DNA of 64,000 bases from positions 1-64,000 of IMG/VR virus record IMGVR_UViG_3300034073_001700; one strand, given 5' to 3'. Under the pieces are notes generated by a model that saw only the letters and a list, made by a program, of their open reading frames with translations, was not told where the DNA came from and made no database searches. The translations under genes were made by a program, and so were the position numbers. How positions within the stretch are numbered: the stretch's first letter is position 1; every line of letters begins with the position of its first letter. Below are positions 1 through 10,575 of the stretch, in pieces. Source of the stretch: a virus.

Positions 1-44
1 TCGCCAGATTCTCCTGGCTGGTTTTTCTTAATCTCTTCCGACAT
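1..44 (-). CDS. N-terminus of a gene running off the window (MSEEIKKNQPGESG...), probably major capsid protein
   Basis: ATG at 44 preceded by strong SD AGGAGGTG; directly downstream of protease/scaffold; product inferred from gene order only. Confidence 0.5.
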   Translation of the reverse strand, partial: MSEEIKKNQPGESG

Positions 45-67
45 ATTGTCACCTCCTAAGTGATTAC

Positions 68-1435
68 TTAATTAAATAAGTCGGCTGTTTTGAGGAAACG
101 TCCGCCCCATAGGGATTTTTCAACCATCTCTGGTTGCTCCTGTACGATCTCGCCTAGATCGCCAGACTTTCGGAAAGCGGTATCTGCTTCTACTGCGTCA
201 ACTCGCTTACCAAACTTACTAACTTGTTCTACTGTTGCAGCGATATCTTTGGCGACTGCATCTAGTGAACTCTTTACTGCTTCTGTATCAACCTTTGAAG
301 ACTTAAGCATTTCTACTTCTGTCTGCAAAGACTTGACGGTTTCAGTTAAATCGCTAAAGGCTGATGTAATTGTATTCTTTAGTTCTGCTATTGATTCAAC
401 AATAACATCATCTGATTTCTTTGCCTTCATCTCTTCTTCATCTTCCATATCATCTTCTGAAGAATCTTCTTCTTTTGATGATGAGGATGATGCTGCAGCC
501 TTTTCTGTTTCAACAACTTCAGTTGTTTCTACAACAACTTCATCTGCCTTTTCAGTTTCAACTACTGGAGTTTCAGCAACTGCCTCTGGAGCGATCTCTT
601 CTGACTTTTCAATTTCGGTTACTTCTTCAGCAACCTTTTTTGTTTTTGCCATAGGATTTTCCTCCTTTGAAGTCTTAGCACCAATGCCTTTAGCACTATC
701 TACTAAGAATTTGACTATATCCATTTTTTCGTTGTCTTCTTTTTCAACGAAACCTATATTTTTCATTTCATTACCAGTAATTGGACTGTTTACTGTTTCT
801 TGATCTGAAACCATTACTATTCCAGATTCTTCATCATAAAAAACATTTTCAAGTGCAACATCTGCACCTTTAACAACTTCTACTCCATCAACTTTTTCAA
901 CTGACATAATATTAGCAAACTGATTAGCAGGAGAATCTACAAGACTCAACTCTACTAAATCATAATCCTTAATAATTCTAATTGTGGAATCTGATTTCTC
1001 ATCATAACCATCATCCCATTTATTCATACGTCCACCAATTGAAAATCCTGTTAGTGTACCGTCCAAAACTTTTTCCCATGTATCTTGTGCACCCTTTGAA
1101 ACATATGCTGATACAAAAACTCCAGAATAAAACTTTTTTGTTTCTGGATCAAAATATCTATCTTCTTTAAAGTTAACCATTTTACCAACAGCAAGTGGCT
1201 GATGCATTTCACGAATGTTTCCACGAAACTTTGAAAACGCTTTCATTGATGCCTCTGCTGTAACAATATCACCTTGCTTATCAAGGTTATCGAGTGAGGC
1301 AAAGCCTGAGACGATACGTCTCTCCTTATCAACCTTCGCAAATGGAAGGGAAAGCCTTACTGATTCGCCATCGGTATCCCAATGGGCTTTAGATATAGTC
1401 ATACTAGAATATATTATAGAGCCTTTTTTACACAA
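68..1435 (-). CDS. HK97-type prohead protease fused to acidic/coiled-coil scaffold region
   Basis: Motifs IVSGFAS..LDKQGDIV, IREMHQ, GFSIGG, LVELSLVDSPAN; E/K-rich C-terminal half; likely real start MTISK near 1402. Confidence 0.85.
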   Translation of the reverse strand: MCKKGSIIYSSMTISKAHWDTDGESVRLSLPFAKVDKERRIVSGFASLDNLDKQGDIVTAEASMKAFSKFRGNIREMHQPLAVGKMVNFKEDRYFDPETKKFYSGVFVSAYVSKGAQDTWEKVLDGTLTGFSIGGRMNKWDDGYDEKSDSTIRIIKDYDLVELSLVDSPANQFANIMSVEKVDGVEVVKGADVALENVFYDEESGIVMVSDQETVNSPITGNEMKNIGFVEKEDNEKMDIVKFLVDSAKGIGAKTSKEENPMAKTKKVAEEVTEIEKSEEIAPEAVAETPVVETEKADEVVVETTEVVETEKAAASSSSSKEEDSSEDDMEDEEEMKAKKSDDVIVESIAELKNTITSAFSDLTETVKSLQTEVEMLKSSKVDTEAVKSSLDAVAKDIAATVEQVSKFGKRVDAVEADTAFRKSGDLGEIVQEQPEMVEKSLWGGRFLKTADLFN

Positions 1436-1468
1436 ATGTTAATAAACTGTGAATAAACCTGTGGAAAA

Positions 1469-3049
1469 CTATTCTGAAGATCTACCTTCACCCTTTGGGT
1501 TTCTACCGTTTAAAGTAGCAGGACCGTCAGACTGATTGTTAGTTCTCTCTCCATCCCTCGCACGTTCTGGATCTGGCTTAGGCTGGAAAGGCTCGTCTCC
1601 TCCTTCCCTTTGTGGAAGACCCAATACAGATCTTGCCTCGTTAGGAAGCATAACTTGAGTCTTTACATATCGTTCCAAAATCTGAGACTGTGCTATTTCG
1701 TCTGTCAAGGTTAGTTCTTTAAACTTTAAAACCAACACATCTGTTTTTTCTTTAATAATTTTATTTAATGTCTTTTCTAATTCTTTTTGTGCTGGTCTAG
1801 CAACTTGTTCTTTAAATGTACGGTCTTGTGCAAGTGCTGCTGCTATTGAGCCAGAGTCTCCTCCGCCAATTTTAGATAGCGGTACTTGGTGTGCTATTAA
1901 AATGTCATCACGGTTCTGATTACGATATCTCTCAAATGAGCCTTCCTGTACGCCATTCTCAATAGGCTCCATCTTAAACTCAACCTTATTTGTATCGCTA
2001 TCTCCAGGAAGGGGTATGTATAGCGTTCTGTGTGACTGTCCTTTAAGACTTGTCTGTAAAAATCTAAACATCTTATCTTCAGCGTCTGCCGAAAGTCTGG
2101 CGCCCTTTAGTGTCACAACATAACGAGGGACAGCCTTATTGCTAAAGTAGTCGATGTTATATTGTGACGCTAACTGGTCTCCATGGAGCGAGTTTATTGC
2201 CGACATTATATCTGGTACACCATAAAAAGTATTTAAAGGCGAATACTGTTTAAAGTGTATTATTTCATTAGGCCTTGGATCAGAGGTTACTGGATTAGTA
2301 TTCTTTGCTCCAAAGTTTCTGAAATAAACAACCTTTTGTCCAATGATTTGAACAAATCCATCACGTAGTCTACGAACACGCATAGTAGTTGCTGGAATAT
2401 GTCCTATATATCCAATTTCACCACGGGTGGTTCTGCCTACTTCTAAATATCCGTTACCAACGGCCTGCACGTCTGTATAAACTTTCATCATTGTTGTAGT
2501 AAATGAATCATCATCATTTAAAGATTCTATCCATTCGTGCATCTCAATCTTTGCACGTTCAATTCTATTTCTTGCTCTTTCAACTTGTCCAGAATCTTTA
2601 TTAGATTCCAAACGAAGCATTGTGCTTGGAGAAACCTCAAAGTCATATCCAAGGCCAACGATGTTTTCTACTTTTGCATCAATTGCAGCATGGTTAGCAA
2701 ACGATGTATCATAATAGTTAGCAAGTTCATAAACATTCCATGGTGGTGTTATTACATCAAATAATCCGTAGCCATTTCTATATACCGTGCCAGGATTTAT
2801 TTCTTTTGACTTAGCACCATCAATTCCAGACTGCTCTGCTCTTGCGCTATCAAGATATCCCTGGGTGGGATTCATTCTGTCTGCTTTTTCTACAAGCCTT
2901 GTTGTTCTTCTTCTAAAATTATTGTCCAAACCGTTGTATGACTTGAGTTCTCCCCAAGACTTATTAAACGGATCCTCTGCCTTAAATTGATCTAGTGGAT
3001 TAACTAAATTATCAATACTAGCCTTAATAACGTATTCTTTTTCTTCCAT
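1469..3049 (-). CDS. Phage portal protein (PBSX/HK97-like)
   Basis: GNGYLEV, EIIHFKQY..YGVPD, F..YR..NRDDILIAHQVP, PNEARSVLGLP; adjacent to prohead protease. Confidence 0.9.
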   Translation of the reverse strand: MEEKEYVIKASIDNLVNPLDQFKAEDPFNKSWGELKSYNGLDNNFRRRTTRLVEKADRMNPTQGYLDSARAEQSGIDGAKSKEINPGTVYRNGYGLFDVITPPWNVYELANYYDTSFANHAAIDAKVENIVGLGYDFEVSPSTMLRLESNKDSGQVERARNRIERAKIEMHEWIESLNDDDSFTTTMMKVYTDVQAVGNGYLEVGRTTRGEIGYIGHIPATTMRVRRLRDGFVQIIGQKVVYFRNFGAKNTNPVTSDPRPNEIIHFKQYSPLNTFYGVPDIMSAINSLHGDQLASQYNIDYFSNKAVPRYVVTLKGARLSADAEDKMFRFLQTSLKGQSHRTLYIPLPGDSDTNKVEFKMEPIENGVQEGSFERYRNQNRDDILIAHQVPLSKIGGGDSGSIAAALAQDRTFKEQVARPAQKELEKTLNKIIKEKTDVLVLKFKELTLTDEIAQSQILERYVKTQVMLPNEARSVLGLPQREGGDEPFQPKPDPERARDGERTNNQSDGPATLNGRNPKGEGRSSE

Positions 3050-3423
3050 TAGTCATCTGCTCCATACTTTTTAATAGTTTGCTGTGCAGCGTGTACAGCA
3101 CCAAGATCATTAAGGTTTGGTATTAGCCCTTCAGACATTCTTTGTTTCTGCTCTGCATATTCCTCGTCAGAAATTCTGCTTAGTCCAGCAAAAAATACCG
3201 CTTCTCCGTCTGGCTCGCCGTAGTGTGCTGCAGCCTGACTTAATTCTGCTAGTTTTGATAGGTCCCCTCGCATTGATGGTATGTTTAATATATTACCTTG
3301 TCCATCTGTAAACCATTTACCATTAGATTTTTTCCATACATAAATACCCCAGTCATAATTTTTATCTATAACCTTCATACGTGAATTGCCAATTTTGCCA
3401 GGTTTTTTGTTTTTCATATCCAC
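3049..3423 (-). CDS. Hypothetical protein upstream of portal
   Basis: Stop overlaps portal start; TATACT -10 a few nt upstream. Confidence 0.7.
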   Translation of the reverse strand: MDMKNKKPGKIGNSRMKVIDKNYDWGIYVWKKSNGKWFTDGQGNILNIPSMRGDLSKLAELSQAAAHYGEPDGEAVFFAGLSRISDEEYAEQKQRMSEGLIPNLNDLGAVHAAQQTIKKYGADD

Positions 3424-3435
3424 AAGTATACCATA

Positions 3436-6400
3436 TTATAAGGCTGAAGAGGTTGTCTGTTGCCACAAAACGTTCTGATATATATTATATTCACAACTAC
3501 CAATACTAAATATCCTATCTGACTCAACAGTTATCTTATTTGTTCCAGAGTAACTCTTATAAATGTCTTCTGGGTCAACCCCATAATAACTAATTGATGA
3601 CTGAACCAGTACCCCGTTCCACAAGAAAAACTCTGGTAACCAATAGTCCCAGTCCAGGGTTAATGGCCCAGATCTTTTAACCTGGAACCATGGCCTGGTA
3701 GAAACTCTCTGAACTTCTTGCAGATTTGTAGACTGATAATAAGAAATATTATTAAATAGCATTGGACCGTTTAGTTTGATTGACCCCATGACTCCAGAAA
3801 TATCCAAAAGGTTGGAAAATGATATTCCTAAAAAGGCCCACTGTTTAATAGTGATAGTTGGATCTTTTACGATATTTCCATTAAGGTAAAATGCTATACC
3901 ATTTTCAATCTTTCCAGTTAATGCATTGACTCCATAAATTCTACCTCGCTGACCAGTTTGATCATTTGCGACAATATAAAATCTTATGTAAGAATTTTTT
4001 GCCTCAATTTCAAATATCTGAGTTGGAGCATATGGAAAATAATCTTCGTCAAATCTCAAGGCAATTTGCATTGCCATAATTTTGTCAAAGTTGGTAAGTT
4101 GGTCTTCGTTAATTGGAATAAACAAACCTCTGTTAATAAGAGGATCTTGTTTGCCCCTTAATTGAATTCCGCTATTTCTTGTCATATATAAATACGGAGA
4201 ACTTTGTTTATATATGCTATATGGATTTTTACCGTTGTAATTGTAATATAATCCAGATTTTTTATAAGGATACATTTTGCTATAAGGACTAGTTCCAATA
4301 GGGTTGCTTGCCTCATTAAATGCCTGAGAACAATATTCTAATTTTTTAACTTTAACTTTATTTCTTAATATATTTTTTGCTTTAAATTCTAAATGAGTTA
4401 CGATTGCTAAGTCGTTAAAGTCAACATTGGTTGGTGGATATATAATCATATTATTTATAGTTTCATATTTTGTTGACAACCAATCATGACCTGGTTCAAT
4501 TGTTCCCTCTTTTGCTGGTGGCTCTGTTTTTGTAAAAAATCCTGCACTTGCATTTGCCCCAGCCTCTATGTATTGAAATGTAATGTAAGATCTAACATAT
4601 GCATTAGTGGTGTCATATTTAAAGGTTCTTGTTGTATTATACTGTAAGTCTTCGTAGTCCCTATATCCAGTAAATAAGAAATTATCCAAAGAGTCATAAT
4701 TACGCTTTCTTGGATAATTATATTTATTAAATAACTGTGCGTATGTCCAACTTTCTCCCTGTGTTTCTATTTCATAAAACTTGGATGGTGCTGGATAATC
4801 AATATTAAACTGTAAGAAATCTAAATCATAATAGGTATCTCCATCATAATCTTCTGTAAATTGTGCATAGTATGTAAGTGGTTGATAGTCTTCCCAATAT
4901 CCAGCACAGTCTATGTCTAAAGAATACTCGCCAAGATATCTAGATGCAACCAATGTGTACGATGCCGTATGATTTAGTACCTTATCGAATAGCATTAATC
5001 CAGGAGTTCCACCATCAATTAAATAATCCCACAGTTCTCGATCATATAGTCCAGCATCAACTACTAGGGCACTAGTATAATCATCAATACTAAAATAATC
5101 TGCAGGTAAGCCGTTAGTTCCAAATGCTGGAGCGATTAAAGAAGAATTTCTATCATTACATAACCCAACACTATATATATTGCCGTCAAACCAAGCACTA
5201 AAGAATTCATCATTGCCAATATATACTTTACATTGTGATATGTTTCCTAATATTGAGGCTACCTCGCCACCAAACCAATTTACTGCATTTGATATGTTAA
5301 ATCCAGCATAAAATTTTTCTCCTTTATTTATTTCAATGCTTTGTCGGTAAATTTGTTTTAATGGTTGATCTCCTAACTTAACAACGTAAGTCACCTTTGA
5401 ACTATCCTCATACAGGTAAATGTGAAAATAATTATTGTTTGGGTCTATAATTTTAAATAAAGTCATTGGCTGTTCTACGCCATTGATATATCTTGCATCA
5501 CCAGTTCTTTTAAACACACCATAAATACTTTTTACTTGTTGCTGTAAAAAGTTTACATTATCAAAATATACCTGTGCTGTATAACTATTATTAGGTCTTA
5601 CTCTAAAATATTCATCATCTAATTCTAGTGGAAGAGATGAGTTTGCATTTAACCACTCAGGGTAGTAGTCTTCTTTTGGTATACCTCCATAATTAATTAA
5701 AAAGTTAGGTAAGGCATAGTTAGGTGTTGATAATATGTTATTTTCTATTGACAGGTTATCATTTATACCCTGGCCCCACTTGCCAATATCTGGGTAGACA
5801 TAGTTATTAGAATAATCTGCAAAGGCATAATCTATAAGTAATGATTTTCCGCTATACGCAGTATTAATATTATCTGGAGACTCTACGCCCTGCCCATAAA
5901 CAAATCTACGCTTTGCTACAATATTTGAAACCTTATATGGATAAATTCCAACACAGTCTAACTCTAATGGGGTAACATCATCGTAAGCCCAAAAGCCTAA
6001 CCATTCTTTATCTGACTGAAAATCAATTTCTTCAGATTTTTGATAAATGGATAAAACTTCTTCGCCATTAATATATAACTTTGATGAGTCTTCTAAATAC
6101 AGAATATGAATAAGCATTGGCCTTACCCACTCACCAATGTAATGAGAGGCAGATTTGTTTCCTATTTTTAAAACTAAGAATGGTCCATCAACATACAGGC
6201 CATTATCATCTTCTATATTTCCAAATATTTTTTTAGGCTCTGTAGCATCTGAATTTATTCTTATCCACATTTCAACTGTATAAATTTTATACTTACCAGA
6301 ATTATTTAAAAATCCTAAAGACGGTAAAACTAAGGAAGGCTTGTTGTCGTTTGGAAATACAATGGTGCAGTTAGATGTTCCATAAACCATGGGGGCACCT

Positions 6401-7137
6401 GAATTTTTTGCTAACAGAGCATTGTTGTCAACCAAATAGTACCCGTCGTTTTCTTGAAGTCCGTATGATCTTGCTGGGTAACCGTATGTTGTTTGTTCAA
6501 ATATACCCTCAGGTATTTGTATTGGCTGAATGCCAAGGGAAACAGAGGCAAACTCCTCTGACCACTGACCAAAAGTTATTCCATTTACTAGTATTGAGTT
6601 TTCCTCTGGATCAGAATATCCAGTTAAAAAGTTTGCCTTTAGTACAAGCCTCATCTGACCTTCGTCATTTGGAATCTTAAAAGTTTCAGATAAGAACATC
6701 CACTTTTCCATAATTGTAGTATTAAAGATTCTAGTTTTTTGTATGTAGTCTCCGAGAGCCACGTCATAATATTCATATCCAAGTTCATAACTTGTTATGT
6801 ATGGACTATTTGAATAAACATAAACGCCTACTGAAAATGTTCCTAAGTTTAAACTTAATCCAGAAAAATCTAAAATGTCTGGGCTTACACAAGAAAAAGA
6901 TCCAGAGTCGCCAGATACTACGTTTCCCTTTATTTTAGTTACGCTAGAATTAATAAAAGGTTCATTTAAAATATTTGTAAAGTTTTCTACTTGACATCCT
7001 GCTGTAGCCCAAGTATAAACATTTCTATTTTCATTAGATATCAGAGAAACATAGTCTGCAGAGTCATCTAAGGACCAAAGACCTATTGGATGTTCTGCAA
7101 AGGCTTTATCTGCGTATAGATTAGAAGCAATAGACAT
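3436..7137 (-). CDS. Large virion structural protein with LamG/concanavalin-A-like domain
   Basis: 1233 aa; PIGLWSLDD, YTVEMWIR, SKLYINGEEV beta-sandwich signatures. Confidence 0.65.
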   Translation of the reverse strand: MSIASNLYADKAFAEHPIGLWSLDDSADYVSLISNENRNVYTWATAGCQVENFTNILNEPFINSSVTKIKGNVVSGDSGSFSCVSPDILDFSGLSLNLGTFSVGVYVYSNSPYITSYELGYEYYDVALGDYIQKTRIFNTTIMEKWMFLSETFKIPNDEGQMRLVLKANFLTGYSDPEENSILVNGITFGQWSEEFASVSLGIQPIQIPEGIFEQTTYGYPARSYGLQENDGYYLVDNNALLAKNSGAPMVYGTSNCTIVFPNDNKPSLVLPSLGFLNNSGKYKIYTVEMWIRINSDATEPKKIFGNIEDDNGLYVDGPFLVLKIGNKSASHYIGEWVRPMLIHILYLEDSSKLYINGEEVLSIYQKSEEIDFQSDKEWLGFWAYDDVTPLELDCVGIYPYKVSNIVAKRRFVYGQGVESPDNINTAYSGKSLLIDYAFADYSNNYVYPDIGKWGQGINDNLSIENNILSTPNYALPNFLINYGGIPKEDYYPEWLNANSSLPLELDDEYFRVRPNNSYTAQVYFDNVNFLQQQVKSIYGVFKRTGDARYINGVEQPMTLFKIIDPNNNYFHIYLYEDSSKVTYVVKLGDQPLKQIYRQSIEINKGEKFYAGFNISNAVNWFGGEVASILGNISQCKVYIGNDEFFSAWFDGNIYSVGLCNDRNSSLIAPAFGTNGLPADYFSIDDYTSALVVDAGLYDRELWDYLIDGGTPGLMLFDKVLNHTASYTLVASRYLGEYSLDIDCAGYWEDYQPLTYYAQFTEDYDGDTYYDLDFLQFNIDYPAPSKFYEIETQGESWTYAQLFNKYNYPRKRNYDSLDNFLFTGYRDYEDLQYNTTRTFKYDTTNAYVRSYITFQYIEAGANASAGFFTKTEPPAKEGTIEPGHDWLSTKYETINNMIIYPPTNVDFNDLAIVTHLEFKAKNILRNKVKVKKLEYCSQAFNEASNPIGTSPYSKMYPYKKSGLYYNYNGKNPYSIYKQSSPYLYMTRNSGIQLRGKQDPLINRGLFIPINEDQLTNFDKIMAMQIALRFDEDYFPYAPTQIFEIEAKNSYIRFYIVANDQTGQRGRIYGVNALTGKIENGIAFYLNGNIVKDPTITIKQWAFLGISFSNLLDISGVMGSIKLNGPMLFNNISYYQSTNLQEVQRVSTRPWFQVKRSGPLTLDWDYWLPEFFLWNGVLVQSSISYYGVDPEDIYKSYSGTNKITVESDRIFSIGSCEYNIYQNVLWQQTTSSAL

Positions 7138-7157
7138 TATGGGTCTATTTTATCATA

Positions 7158-9191
7158 CTACGCAGATATTTTTATTTCACAGGCATCTGTAGTACAGTAC
7201 ATTTCTCCCTGTGCCTCTAAATTTTCAGCGCCATCATAAATAGCAGACCAGTCAATCTTTTTAATCTGTCCAATGTAACTGTCATATTCTTCCTTGGTTA
7301 TTTGGGTATACGGTTGTTGTGGATATACTGTATTTCCCATCGGCAAGAATGAGACAGCCTTTAATTGTCCCTCGTACATGTGAAGCGCAGGCGCAACATG
7401 CTTTGCTTCAGTTTCTTTGTCAAATGAAAGCGTTACAGACACGCCGTTATCTGACCAATATTTCTGAGCAGTAGCAGCAAGCGCAATTTTCTCAAATAAG
7501 GTAACATCTTTTTCAGATCTTGGATGTCCAGAATGTACTGGGAAATATACGACAGTTGTATTCGCAGATACAAGGTCATCTTCCATCTTATATCCAGCAG
7601 CCTTGAACAAGTGAATCATTGGGTCAGTATTCCCAAATCTAATTGCTCTCAAGAAATAATCTCCACCTGGTGCCCAGTGAACTCCTGGCGTTGCGCCAGA
7701 AAGAATTGATACAGACCCTGATGGCTTAACAGTTGTGACTCTAATGGACTCACGAACACATAACCATTCTGAATATGAATGATCATATTTACGGATAGTC
7801 TTGTATCCTTCGTCCATCCATTCACGCACAACAGGCAAGCCAAATTTGTCTGAGAATGAAGCAATACCTGTAAGCGATGTTCCAATGCGACGATTACGCT
7901 GCATAATTCCATTTGTCTGCTGCCAGTGTGTTGGAATCAGCGTTACCGTCTTGCCATACAAATATGCAAACTTTAATGTACGCAAGAAATCTTCTTTAGA
8001 CTCATGACGATTTAAGTGCACTTCAACCAAGGTACACAATTCGTATGACTCCAATGGTTGCTCTGCACATGGATTAAAGCCCATCACACGATAATCCTTG
8101 CCATCCTTTGGATCAGCCAAACGACCATAATTTCTAGCCACATCAAGCCAAATGAATCCTGGCTCTCCGTTGTTTACTATTAGGTCTACGTAGTCTTCGT
8201 ACTTTGTACCTACCGTCGCAGCAATGGAGTTATTAGACATCCATGCCCAACCTGGTTTTTCTGGATCAAATGAATTACGCTCTGGAAAAACCTCAGCGTT
8301 CTTCAAATTCATAAAGTCTTGATCTTCTGCCCCACCCAAAGCCAAGGTAGCAGATCGTCTAACATTTCCTGATACCACACAAGTACCAATAAGGTTTACT
8401 AGGTCTACTATTGCTCTTGAGTCTAGGGTTTCTCCAGCCCTACCGCCGATTACAGCCCTGATCTGCTTGTGTAACTGTATAAGTGGTGCAGGACCGCTTG
8501 CGGTGCCTCCAAAACCCTTAATAGGGGCACCCAAAGGCCTAATAAGGTCATAGTTAAACTCTTGTATATACATATTAGGTTTTAAAAATGAATTGATAAT
8601 TAATCTAACAGACTCAACCCATCCTTCACGAGTATCTGGTATTTCATATACCTGTGGTGGTTCTGTTGGGTCATAAATAGGAAGATTTTTCTCCCCGCCC
8701 AAAGTATCGAATCCTACGCCTACACCCATCATTAAGGCATCCATAACCCAACCAAATAACTGTCCTGGATCGTTGCGATCTATGTCCTTTGTAGAAACCA
8801 TTGCACAGTTCTGTAAAGCAGCAGAGTTTTTCTTTTCCATAGTAAGAGAAGTACCGAAAGACCATAGACCTCTTCCTGGTGGTGTCCACTTTAATTCAAA
8901 CAAACGCTGATAGGCCTCTTTAGCAGAAGCCTGTGCTTTATAGTCATTCCATGGGAGTCTGTTTTCTTTAGCATGATTCTTCTGGGCTGAATACATACCC
9001 TCGATTACTCTACGACAAACCTCATGCCATCTTTCTTTAGTTCCATCCTCTTTCATACGGGAGTAGGTACGAATAAAAGTAATCTCTCCTAATGAATTAC
9101 CACCTGCGTCTGTGAAACCAAATGGAGGTTCCTTTGTTTTATACTCATTTATAAACTCTTCAGACAAACGAAAACTAAAAAAATCAGACAT
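7158..9191 (-). CDS. nrdJ: Class II (adenosylcobalamin-dependent) monomeric ribonucleoside-triphosphate reductase
   Basis: PPGRGLW, LQNC, GNVRRSA, NPCAEQ catalytic loop, TTVKPSGS, C-terminal CTTDAC. Confidence 0.92.
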   Translation of the reverse strand: MSDFFSFRLSEEFINEYKTKEPPFGFTDAGGNSLGEITFIRTYSRMKEDGTKERWHEVCRRVIEGMYSAQKNHAKENRLPWNDYKAQASAKEAYQRLFELKWTPPGRGLWSFGTSLTMEKKNSAALQNCAMVSTKDIDRNDPGQLFGWVMDALMMGVGVGFDTLGGEKNLPIYDPTEPPQVYEIPDTREGWVESVRLIINSFLKPNMYIQEFNYDLIRPLGAPIKGFGGTASGPAPLIQLHKQIRAVIGGRAGETLDSRAIVDLVNLIGTCVVSGNVRRSATLALGGAEDQDFMNLKNAEVFPERNSFDPEKPGWAWMSNNSIAATVGTKYEDYVDLIVNNGEPGFIWLDVARNYGRLADPKDGKDYRVMGFNPCAEQPLESYELCTLVEVHLNRHESKEDFLRTLKFAYLYGKTVTLIPTHWQQTNGIMQRNRRIGTSLTGIASFSDKFGLPVVREWMDEGYKTIRKYDHSYSEWLCVRESIRVTTVKPSGSVSILSGATPGVHWAPGGDYFLRAIRFGNTDPMIHLFKAAGYKMEDDLVSANTTVVYFPVHSGHPRSEKDVTLFEKIALAATAQKYWSDNGVSVTLSFDKETEAKHVAPALHMYEGQLKAVSFLPMGNTVYPQQPYTQITKEEYDSYIGQIKKIDWSAIYDGAENLEAQGEMYCTTDACEIKISA

Positions 9192-9281
9192 GTATTTCTC
9201 CTAATTGAAAACTGTAATTACTCAAGTATACCAGAGTTTTTGTTTTTATAAAACTCTAATGTTATTATTGAGGTTTATGGT

Positions 9282-9908
9282 TTAGTGAATCCAATGTTGT
9301 GGAACCATATACTTATAACCACTCTTAACTAAATGTGCAGTGTGGTGATAAGGTGGTGATGGAGGAAAAACAATTATACTTCCTGCCTTTGGCTTAACTG
9401 CAAAATGATATGATGCAGGATCTGCCTTTTCAAAATCTTCTGATGGAGTTGGTCCTTGTATTGGACCTTTTGGATCTCTAATGGTAAAAGAAATTTCGCC
9501 ACCTTCATAGTCATCATTAAGATACATAACAAAAGAAACTTTTAGCCTTTCATCACCTTCTTGCTGATCAAAGTGTGCCCCCATAAATGTTCCAGCCATA
9601 TACTTTTTAATTGGATATACTGGGAAAAGTTTTGGCTCATCTGTTATTCCCTGTGCTGTTGCATAGTCCCTTGCTACATCATCAAATGCTTTTCTTAGTG
9701 TTTCATAAATATATTTATCTTTTTCGTTAGAACTTGAGTCTAGCGCAATATTCTTGTCAGTTCCATAAACATATGGCTGTCCGCTACACGCCATCCATTC
9801 GCCCCATGGATCTTTGTTGTCATTTTCAATTGCCTCTACAAGTTTTGCAGGGTCCTCAATAACATCTGTGTAGTAGTAAACTTTTTCTTCTAGTATTTCT
9901 TTTTTCAT
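9282..9908 (-). CDS. 2OG-Fe(II) oxygenase, prolyl-hydroxylase-like
   Basis: HFD iron motif, YLNDDYEGGEI, KPKAG, distal His (YHH). Confidence 0.85.
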   Translation of the reverse strand: MKKEILEEKVYYYTDVIEDPAKLVEAIENDNKDPWGEWMACSGQPYVYGTDKNIALDSSSNEKDKYIYETLRKAFDDVARDYATAQGITDEPKLFPVYPIKKYMAGTFMGAHFDQQEGDERLKVSFVMYLNDDYEGGEISFTIRDPKGPIQGPTPSEDFEKADPASYHFAVKPKAGSIIVFPPSPPYHHTAHLVKSGYKYMVPQHWIH

Positions 9909-9917
9909 ATTTCTCCT

Positions 9918-10574
9918 TTAATATTTATTGTGATCATAAAAGCCTTTAACCTTTATGAATCCAACTAAGACGTATCTTATTGGGCCTGCTCCTACATGCC
10001 TAACTCCATGCTCATATTCCTCATTACCTGGAAATATAAGTAGTTCCCCTGGCTTTGGGCGTACATCTAAATTCTTATTTTTAAAAAATAAAGTACCTTC
10101 AGTGTAGTCGTCATTAAGGTAAAGAATAGCAGCATATCTAATAGAAGGATCTGTATGCTGATCTGTATGAGATTTTAACTGTACCCCCTCTTGCATTCTT
10201 TGCAATGTAGCAAAACCAGTTAATTGTAAATCTTTATGATTTATCTCAATAAGTCTGTGCATTCTTGCTTGTAGTTTGCCAGATATGGGATAGTTGCCAA
10301 TGCTAAGATTTTTGTCATCCCAATCTTTTGTAATCTCGTATTTTCCTTCTTTAACTAAATTTTCTACATCATCTCTACCAAACTTTTCTAGGCAAAACCT
10401 GGCAAGACTTGCTCTATATGCTTCAAACCAAACTTCTTCTGGTGTTGCTTCAATAATATCTAAAATTTCCTGCAGTTCATCCTTCGATATAAAATCATGG
10501 ACAACAAGTATTTCTTCTTGAACTATGTCTGTCTTAAAACCAGCATCTTTAAACTCTTGTTCTAGAAATAGCAT
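9918..10574 (-). CDS. 2OG-Fe(II) oxygenase, prolyl-hydroxylase-like
   Basis: HTD, YLNDDYTEG, HGV...RY. Confidence 0.85.
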   Translation of the reverse strand: MLFLEQEFKDAGFKTDIVQEEILVVHDFISKDELQEILDIIEATPEEVWFEAYRASLARFCLEKFGRDDVENLVKEGKYEITKDWDDKNLSIGNYPISGKLQARMHRLIEINHKDLQLTGFATLQRMQEGVQLKSHTDQHTDPSIRYAAILYLNDDYTEGTLFFKNKNLDVRPKPGELLIFPGNEEYEHGVRHVGAGPIRYVLVGFIKVKGFYDHNKY

Positions 10575-10575
10575 A

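Noticed and set aside
90-803. 237-aa Ser-rich plus-strand ORF
   Set aside because: Antisense shadow of the Glu/Lys-rich scaffold region
7158-9191. Intein or intron in RNR
   Set aside because: Length and motif spacing are those of an uninterrupted monomeric class II enzyme
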